Source: Cyanophora paradoxa CCMP329 (Eukaryota > Plantae > Glaucophyta). Taken from it: 64,000 bases of DNA. A model generated the notes under the pieces. It did not search any database and was not told the DNA's origin. It saw nothing but the letters and a program-made list of their open reading frames with translations. The stretch covers positions 248,001 through 312,000 of the forward strand of contig QPMI01000062.1 of the NCBI GenBank assembly GCA_004431415.1, written 5' to 3'. Positions 49,001 through 57,347 of this stretch are shown here, in pieces (within the stretch, counting starts at the first letter, position 1; each line of letters opens with the position of its first letter). A program made the position numbers and the translations under genes.

Positions 49001-51077
49001 CCTGGCCAGCTGAGCAGTGCTGGCCTCTTGCTGAGGAGGATGGGACGAGCCAGTGAAGGCATCCGGTTCTTGCAGGTGAGGCGGTGCTTTCTTGGCCATT
49101 CAGGTATACTGTGGGAATGCTTAAATTGCCGCGTAGTTAAATTGCCAAGTTCGACCAAAATCAGAATTGCCGTGACGATAGATTGCCGAGACTCTGGATT
49201 TCTTCTATGGCGCCACACAAAAGCAGCCGTTTAGCCCTACCCCCTGAGAATTGCCATGGCTCAAAATTGCCGAATTCGGCCTCTCGGCAATAAACGGCAA
49301 TTTAAAACATCGGCTAAAAAAGCACTCCTACAGTATATGGCCTGCTCGCTCAACTCCCCCGCCCCTCGCAGGAGGCACTAAGGCTGCGCAAGAAGGAGCT
49401 GGGGCTGGAGCATCCGGACGTTGCGTCGACGATGCAGAACCTGGCCATCATGCTGAATGCCCAAGGCGACTACGCGGCGGCGCGGCGCATGTATGAGGTG
49501 TGGCGCACGTCTCCCTGGATCGTTGTGGCCCTGCTCCTTCGAGGCACCCACCTGGCCCGCATCGCGCAGGAGGCACTAATGCTGCGCAAGAAGGCGTTGG
49601 GGCCGGAGCACCCGGACGTTGCGATGACAATGCAGAACCTGGCCGTCGTGCTGAATGCCCAAGGTGACTACGCGGCGGCACGGCCCATGTACGAGGTGTG
49701 GCGCTCGTCTCCCTAGATCGTTGTGGCCGTCCTTCTTCCTCCGTGCTCCCAACACGGCTGCCCCTCACAGGAGGCTCTGCGAGTGCGCAAGAAGGCGTTG
49801 GGGCCGGAGCACCCGGCCGTCGCGTCGACGATGCAGAACCTGGCCGTCGTGCTGAAGGCCCAGGGCGACTACGCGGCAGCGCGGCCCATGTACGAGGTGC
49901 AGCACACATCCCTTTGGATCGTTGTGGCCCTGCTCCTTCGAGGCACCCACCTGGCCCGCATCGCGCAGGAGGCACTGAGGCTGCGCAAGAAGGCGTTGGG
50001 GCCGGAGCACCCAGACGTCGCAATGACAATGCAGAACCTGGCCATCGTGCTGAAGGCCCAAGGCGACTATGAGGCGGCACGGCCCATGTACGAGGTGTGG
50101 CGCTCGTCTCCCTAGATCGTTGCGGCCGTCCTTCTTCCTCCGTGCTCCCAACACGGCTGCCCCTAACAGGAGGCTCTGCGAGTGCGCAAGAAGGCGTTGG
50201 GGCCGGAGCACCCGGACGTTGCGTCGACGATGCAGAACCTGGCCAACGTGCTGAAGGCCCAGGGCGACTACGAGGCGGCGCGGCCCATGTACGAGGTGCA
50301 GCACACACCCCTTTGGATCGTTGTGGCCCTGCTCCTTCGAGGCACCCACCTGGCCCGCATCGTGCAGGAGGCACTAATGCTGCGCAAGAAGGCGCTGGGG
50401 CCAGAGCACCCGGACGTCGCGATGACAATGCAGAACCTGGCCAATGTGCTAACGGACCTGGACGACTACGAGGCAGCGAGGCCCATGTATGAGGTGCGGC
50501 GCGCGTGCCCCTGGATTGATGTGCCCTGCTCCTTTCTCGGAGTCCCCAATCCAGGCTGCCCCTTGCAGGAGGCTCTGCGGGTGCGCAAGAAGGCGCTGGG
50601 GCCAGAGCACCCGGCCGTCGCGTCGACGATGCAGAACCTGGCTTCCCTGCTGGAGGACCAGGGCGACTACGAGGCGGCACGGCCCATGTACGAGGTATGG
50701 CGCGTCCCCCTGGATCGTTGTGGCCATGCTCCTGCCTCCCGAGGTCCCGACCCAGGCCGTCCCTTGCAGGAGGCGCTGCGGATGCGCAAGAAGGCGCTGG
50801 GTCCAGAGCACCCGGACACGGCGTGGTCAATGTATGGCCTCGGGGACCTCCTCTTGAAGATGGGGACGAGTGCGGCGCTCTCTGAGGCCGTACTGCTCTT
50901 CGAGGTGCGCGCACGGTTGTGGCCCTGGGTTCTGCCGGCGCGGCCCGTCTGATGGCTGCCCGCGCCGCCTCCAAATCGCAGGCCGCGCTCCCAGCGCTCG
51001 AGAAGGCCCTGGGGCCTCAGCACGCGAAGACGTCGCAGGTTCGGCGAGCACTGAAAGACGTCAGGAAAAAGTCATAA
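46001..51077 (+). CDS. DUF4062-NACHT/STAND NTPase-TPR protein (NPHP3/TEP1-like, NLR-like), predicted N-acylated
   Basis: MGCCQS start; VRIFVSSTF|EDMQAERD..VDLR|WG (DUF4062); Walker A VLVLHGEGGCGKS; Walker B VLILDGLDQL; 42-aa kinesin-light-chain-type TPRs (LGPEHPDVASTMQNLA); stop TAA at 51075-51077. Confidence 0.9.
49105..49337. mobile_element. MITE-like non-autonomous DNA transposon in an intron
   Basis: TIRs tatactgtgggaatgct / agcactcctacagtata (15/17, TA at both outer ends), inner IR ttaaattgccg/cggcaatttaa, repeated aattgcc motifs; removal restores a typical ~65-nt intron. Confidence 0.8.
49372..50904 (+). repeat. Exon-intron tandem array: seven 126-nt TPR exons plus one 135-nt variant, separated by 72/75-nt introns
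   Basis: Exons 49372-49497, 49570-49695, 49771-49896, 49969-50094, 50170-50295, 50368-50493, 50569-50694, 50770-50904, all cag|GAG...GAG|gt. Confidence 0.93.
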
Positions 51078-51596
51078 CATCACTGACAGAAGAGTTCAAA
51101 ATGGATTCAAATGCATATGGATTCAAATTCAAAATGGATTCAAATTCGCAACAGGATATATGTATTCAAAACAAGCGAGTTCCTGCGCATGCAAGTTCGA
51201 ATTCCGCTCTTTGCTTGAAAATTAAACGGGGCCCGGCCCGCAACCGCGCGCGGTTACTGTTGAGAGGATCGACTACGCCGCCTAGTAGCTTCGAATTATA
51301 GCTTGGTCTAGCTATCACAGTATAGCTTCTAGATCTACGTACAGCAACGCTATCAGGGACCGTCTAGCTATATATAGCTATAGCGCAGGAACACTAGAGC
51401 GCATTCTGTCAGAAAATAAAATTAACTTGTTGGGGAATTCGAAGGACCGTCGGACCCCCTTCCGAGGCCCTGATCATGAGCCTCGGAGCTCCGGAGGCCT
51501 GATCATTAGGGGGGCAGCGCGCTAGGCGACAATTGCAAACTTGAAAATGCATAGATAATTAATATTATTGCGGGACCGGACACTGATCGATATCCC

Positions 51597-51764
51597 GGCA
51601 TCTGCGTGATCCTGTTCACCCGCGACCTGCCGGACGGGAACTACCGCGACCTTGAGAAGAAGGGCCTCAAGCCCAAGGTGGATACGAAGGCGGCGGTCAA
51701 GATCGCGCTGTCGGACTACCGCACCTACATCTTCGCCCTCAACTACGCCGTCTGCTTCGGATGA
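51597..51764 (+). pseudogene. NRT2: Orphan fragment of an NRT2-type high-affinity nitrate transporter
   Basis: GICVILFTRDLPDGNYRDLEKKGLKPKVDTKAAVKIALSDYRTYIFALNYAVCFG*, matching the NRT2 DLPDGN...YRTWIF..Y...G region, with strong GC3 bias inside low-GC non-coding DNA. Confidence 0.78.
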
Positions 51765-52428
51765 TCCGATGATCAGGATACAATATGAATAATACGCCGC
51801 GTCTATATAGCTAGCCCCGTTACTAAGTTAATTACCATCCGATGATCGATTTTCGACCACTGCAGCCTGGCAGCTACACGTGAATTGAATACTAATATAC
51901 TATGATATAGCACTCGTGTACTACGGTAGCTTAGTAGCCGCTGAGCTGTTCGAATTCAATTGCAAGGCCCGAGGACTTCAGGCTTGCTTTACTAGTTAAG
52001 CTTGAAGCTTGCAATTGATCATGAGGCCCGCGGCCCTGACATCCGATCATGAGGTGCCGCCGGCGCGCCCGGGGCCGTGGGGCCTGGGGCATGCGCACAG
52101 CCTGCAGCTGGCACGCCTGACTCAGTGATCCGATGCCATGATGATCATGAGGTGGCCCGAACTTCGGAACTTGGAAGCCTTGAATATTAATTCGAAGCTG
52201 TAGGGCTTTGGGTCCCAGGGCCCACTGGCCCAGCCTAGCTGGCCCCAACCCGCCTGGGGGCCAGGGGGCGGGGCCGGGCGCCCGGCCACTGACCCCGACC
52301 ACTGGCCCCGCAGTGAGGCCCCGGCTCCCTATTAGAAAAAATAATCAATTACAGAATATGTATGCGAGTCAGAAGGATGCGACGCAAAAAGTTACAGGGG
52401 GCGGGCGCTGATCATGAGCGGGCGCAGG

Positions 52429-53549
52429 CTAGCGGGGCGTAGGGAAGAGGGGACTGGAGGGGTTGTGGTAGATGGACTGAGGGGCGTCGAAGGAGTCGTA
52501 GGGGGTCGGATCGGGGAGGGAGGAGGGCCGGGAGGCGCGCGGGGGGCGGCCGGAGCCGTAGCCAGCGCCGGGCGTGCTCCCGAGGCTGCTCCTGGCGACC
52601 ATGTCGTACCTCGGCTCCATGCCCTCCAGCTCCCGCACGGGGCTCTCCGTGTGCATCCGCGGCAGCAGCGCTGGCCGGATCCCCGGCGTTTCTGTCGGCC
52701 CCTCCAGCGCCGCCCTCGCCGGCGGGTCCGGCGACGGCGTCACCAGCGATCTGCTCGCCGCCGTCAGGGGCGGGCTGGGCGGAACAGAATGGCGGCGCGA
52801 CGAGGCGGACCGGAAGAGGTTCAAGATACGCTCGCCGAAGGGAGTGGAGTTGACGAACGAGCCGCAGGTAACCTCCTGTAACGGCGATCAGCAGGGCGCG
52901 GTCCAGCGAGCGGGAGCGCAGCGGACCGGCGGATCTTCCCGCTTGACGAGCTCCCGTGACTTCATTTCCTCAACCTTCCTTCTCAGGTCCTCAATGTACG
53001 CGTTCTTCTTGTCGATCTGCTTCTGGAACTGCTTCTTCAGGATAGCTAGCTGCGCCTTGTTTACGTTCTTCATGGTCTCCATGTCCTCCGCCATCTTTTT
53101 TAGGTTCTCTTCTGCGGTCTGCAAGACGCAGTCTGTTAAGGGAGTCCCGGCGCCCAGCGGCGGCGGGCCGACCTTCAGTGCGTTGAGGGCGCGGTTCTTC
53201 CGCTTCTGCTCCTCCCGCAGCAGCAACTCCACTTCCTGGTATCTCCGAAGGGGCACTGCGATAAACGAACCAGCTCAGGGCGAGCGCGGAGGGTGCGGCA
53301 GCTCAAGGGCGAGCGCACCCATAGGCTCCCCTGCGAGCTTGTTCCGGGGGCTAAGCTGCGATTCGCCGCCCGTCCCTGCTCCTTCAGGTGCTCCGGGGTC
53401 CATCCCGATCCCGTTGTGTGCGTTCTCGTCTGGTGGAGGGCGGTCGGAGCCAGTGAGCGTGGTGGGCGGCGTTGAGGCGTAACGGGGGCCTTGGCGAGCC
53501 TAAGCCGGTCGACCAGAGGCCGCTTACCTGTGCCGAAGGGCGAGGGCAT
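52429..53549 (-). CDS. Hypothetical coiled-coil protein with a Pro/Ser-rich tail
   Basis: MPSPFGT|g gtaagc intron; YQEVELLLREEQKRKNRALNALK|TAEENLKKMAEDMETMKNVNKAQLAILKKQFQKQIDKK. Confidence 0.7.
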
Positions 53550-53733
53550 CGGTCTCCGCAGAGAAGCGCTCACGGCCTCTGGCGCACGGCGGAGGTCTCG
53601 GAATTGGTCTGGGCGCACGGCGGACAACTGCTGCGACGCTACAGCTAGCTCCCAGCTGCAGAACGCTTCGACAGGGCGCGAGTCCGCACACAACGCTTTC
53701 TGGCAAGTCCCGATCCGCGTACCCCCTCACAGC

Positions 53734-53763
53734 AGTCAGGCTGAGTCAGCCTGAGTCAGGCTG
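53734..53763. promoter_or_regulatory. Three 10-bp repeats containing TGAGTCA (bZIP AP-1/GCN4-type core) in a bidirectional promoter
   Basis: agtcaggctg agtcagcctg agtcaggctg, immediately upstream of the dephospho-CoA kinase ATG. Confidence 0.35.
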
Positions 53764-53777
53764 TCGCCGGCGCTACG

Positions 53778-54968
53778 ATGCTGCTCGTCGGGCTCACCGG
53801 CGGCATAGCCACCGGCAAGTCGAGGTGCTCGCGCTCCCGCACGTTCGTCGCCGTGTAGTCCGACCGTACCGCAGCGTGTCGACCTACTTCAAGGAGCGTG
53901 GCGTGCCGGTTGTTGACGCAGATTACATCGCAAGGTTCGTGTGCCGATATGAAACGCAGTCCTTGTCTTCCGCTGACACCTGCCCGCGCAGGGAGGTGGT
54001 CAAAGCCGGGTCCCCAGCGCTGCAGGAGATCGAGCAGGAGTTCGGACACGGCGTCATACTATCAAATGGAGAGTTAAACAGGGAGGCTCTGGGCAAAATT
54101 ATCTTTGGCGACAGCGCGAAGAAGAGGTGTGTGGTGCGCGTGCGGGAAACGTTTGCCTTTGACCCGCAGCCTGCAGACGCCTCGAGCACATCACGCACCC
54201 GCGCATCCAGCGCGGGATACTGCAGCGCATCTTCCAGTACTACTGGGCGGGGTGCGCCGCGAGCTCCTGCGCCGCCGCAAGCCGAGCGCCGAGCGCGTCT
54301 CCGCAGCTGCCCCGTCGTCGTGCTGGACGTTCCGCTGCTGCTGACCTCTCCGCTCCGGCACCTGGTCAAAGTGATCGTCGTTGTCGATGTAGACGAGGAG
54401 ACGCAGCGCAAGCGCTTGCTGGCTCGCGACGGGGCGCGCATAGGCAAGGTCCGTACGCTGTTCGCCTTGGCCGAAGCACTGAGCAGCGGGCGCTGAGCCG
54501 AGAGATGCTGCAGACGCCGGAGGAGGCGGAGGAGGAGGCGAGGAAGCGCATCGCCTCGCAGGTGCCGCGGGATCAGCGGCTCCGCGCGGCCGACGTTGTC
54601 ATCGGTGCGGGCCGCCTTGAACCCCCGCCTCGGGCCCCATGCCGAGCGCGACACGGCGCCGCAGACAACAGCGGAAGCCTGGAAGACACGCGCGCGGCAG
54701 CGCGGCGATGGCTGGACGCCGCGACCGGCTCGGACGGCCCGTGCAGGGCGGAGATGAGCGCCGCCCTGTGGCCCTTCCGCGCCGTCCGCGCCCGCAGGTC
54801 CACCCCTGCTCGCAATCGTGCCGAGCGCGCTCCTGACGCAGGCGCAGCTGGTGGCTCTCGGCGGCGCTGTGGCTCGCCTTCGCCGCGTGCGCCCCGCTGC
54901 GCCTCTTCCTCGGGACGCCGGAGGACGTCGCCGCGCACTTCGCCGCCAGCCACAGGCCCAAGCCCTAG
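53778..54968 (+). CDS. coaE: Dephospho-CoA kinase with a C-terminal hydrophobic extension (DCAKD-like)
   Basis: MLLVGLTGGIATGKS, VVDADYIAR, LNREALGKIIF, LEHITHPRI, VVLDVPLL, ADVVIDNSGS. Confidence 0.95.
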
Positions 54969-55058
54969 GCCGCCGCCGCGTCCGCCGAGCTGGAACTGGG
55001 ATCCTTTCCTGAGAGGCACTAGAGGCGTATGCTACCTGTCTGGCCTACCCTAGCTTCC

Positions 55059-56339
55059 CTAGCTGGACGCCCGCGAGGAGGCGAGGAGGGAGGCGAGGAC
55101 CGCGATCAGGCCGGCGAGGAGGGCGAGGAGGAGGGCGGGGCGGCTCCCGGCTGCCCTAGCCGGCGCTGGCTTCGGCCCAGTCAGGCGCGCCCCGGCGGCG
55201 CGGGGCGGGGGGCGGGGGGCGGGCGGACCCTCGGAGTCGTTGGCGGAGGCGGCGCCGTCGGAGACGGGCGAGGCGGGCTTCGCGGAGGAGGAGGAGCTGG
55301 AGGAGGCGCCGGGGTTCTTCTTGGCGAGCTCCGCGTCCCGCAGCTTCACCGCGTCCTCCAGGAAGAGCTCCCTGAAGAGCGTGTCCCGCTTGTTGTACTC
55401 CAGCGAATCCTGCGCGAACTTGCGCTGCCCCCCGCCGCGCTCGGTTAGAGGCCGGGGCGGGGGCGGGGGCGGAGGGGGCGCGCGGGCGCACCCGCTCCTC
55501 GGGAGTCCCGTCCACGGAGCCCGTCGTCTTCGTCTGCGCCCGTCGTCAGGGGCCGGGCGGCGCGGGGGCGGGGTGCGGGCGGCCGCGCCTCCTCGAGCAT
55601 GAAGGAGAGGAGGCTTTTTCGGCCCAGTCAGGCGCGCCCCGGCGGGGGGCGGCGCGGGGCGGGGGGGCGGGCGGACCCGGCGAGGATGGAGGAGACCGAC
55701 CTGCGGCGGCGGCGCGTTGGCGGCGGCGCGGCTTCGGCGGCACGTCGTCGGCGCGGCGCGCGGGGGGCGCGGGGCGGCGCCTACCACATCGGATTCCACG
55801 TCTCGGGGTGGAAGTCCGACATGGAGAGGCAGATGCGCTTGTTCACCTCGAAGCGCCCGGAGGGCGTCATCATCAGGATGCTCGGCGGCTTGAACGGGTA
55901 CTCTGTCGTGAACCGCACTTTTCCGTGGTACACGCCCCCTGCGGCGCGCCGGCGCCAATCGATAAGCGGGGGAGCGGGGGATTGGGAGGGAGGGACAGGC
56001 GAGCGAGCACTAACCCTCGTAGGGAGAGCCAACCGGCCCTATGATGCAATAATGCCAGTCGAGGATGTTCTGCACACCACAGGCCGCGGGTCAGCGTTGG
56101 CGCTGGCAGGCGCAGCGGCCGCGGATCGGCGTTGATTCGGGCAAGAGCCGCGCCGCGCGCAGTCACTTAGCACCAAACTCAACGCACCTTCGGGTCTGGA
56201 AAGGCGCGCACATTTGGCAGCGGATCCTGGCGCCAAGACTTGAGCGCGCGAGAGAAGAGCGCTGGAGCAAGGCGGCGCGGGGCACCTTCAGTAAAGCTGC
56301 CAACTCCTTTTTAAGCCTGGCGGCATACTGTTTTGACAT
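55059..56339 (-). CDS. UBC6: Tail-anchored ubiquitin-conjugating enzyme Ubc6/UBE2J
   Basis: [52 protein letters not shown]|SVSSILAG|LLSFM; C-terminal [20 protein letters not shown]. Confidence 0.95.
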
Positions 56340-57347
56340 CGTCTCCCCTCCGCCTGCAGGCCGCTCTGAGCATGGGGGCGGACGGGCGCGCATGCGCAAC
56401 GCACCGAAGGTGAGATTGATGCACGCGCAATGTCAAAATGGCCTGCGCATTTGCACGGCGCGGGAATGAATCAATGGCGGTTCCTCGAGAATGCACTTCA
56501 CACTCCGCACCTTGGCCGCCGCTGACAATACACTTGGGTGCGTGGAGCACACAGAGAACGATGTGGCCCCGACAGCGCTACTCCTGCGAACTTCGGCCCA
56601 GCAAGCCGCCCAGCTGCAGGGGGGGGGGGAAGGGGGGGGGTAAGTGTTCGAGAGGCCTAGGACCTGCTTGACACGCTGCCGCAGCACTCAGCGGCTAGCG
56701 CTATCATAGTATTAGGTTTCAGCGCAAGTCGCGATCGAGCGCACATGCCGGCGCCCGGCCAGCGAAAACCCGGTGCTCACCGTGCAAGTTTATTGCCAAA
56801 AGTTGTACGGTGCAACCGCGGCCGGCCGGGCGCCAGCCGTGAGCGGGCTGGCGCGCCGCCGCCGCGCTCGCCGAGTCGAGCTTCAATCCGATCCAGCGCC
56901 AGCTGGCGCTGCGCCCCCACGTGCACGGCGGACGGCCCCCTGCTGCAACAGACGTGTTCGAAGCCTTAAAGGACTCGTACTTGAATTTGAATGAAACGTT
57001 AAGAAGGCGGTTCTGATCGATATCGCTGCACATCGCAGCAAAATGATACTTGTACATGAAATCAGGAGGGCCCCTGACTGCTGTGCAGAGGGAGCGGGGA
57101 GAAGATTCGTGGAGGGCCCGAGAGAAGGGAGGGTGTAAGGGACCGAGGCTCATGAAAAAGGCAGGCCGGGGGCCGGCAGACTGCGGAAAAGGGGTGGGTG
57201 CTGTACAGGGAGGTGCGGGCGGTCGGTCCGAAGGCGCGGGGCCGGGCCGGGGCGGGGGGGGGGGGGGGGGGGGGGCTGGGCGAGACTGGCGCGGAAGAAC
57301 GGGCCGGGCCACGGGATGAGGCGCCGGGGGGCGGGGCGGGGCGGGGC

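Noticed and set aside
49372-50904. CRISPR-like or satellite reading of the ~200-bp periodic array
   Set aside because: The repeats are in-frame TPR exons with GT-AG introns in a eukaryotic gene; there are no cas genes or unique spacers
49448-50974. 508-aa repetitive - strand ORF
   Set aside because: Antisense of the TPR array, open because of repeat periodicity and high GC
51095-51150. Repeated atggattcaaat in the STAND gene 3' flank
   Set aside because: Short local duplication with no supportable function
44630-52300. A single large transposon carrying the STAND gene
   Set aside because: The flanks are lower-GC, but I found no matching TIRs, LTRs, TSD or transposase/RT coding sequence
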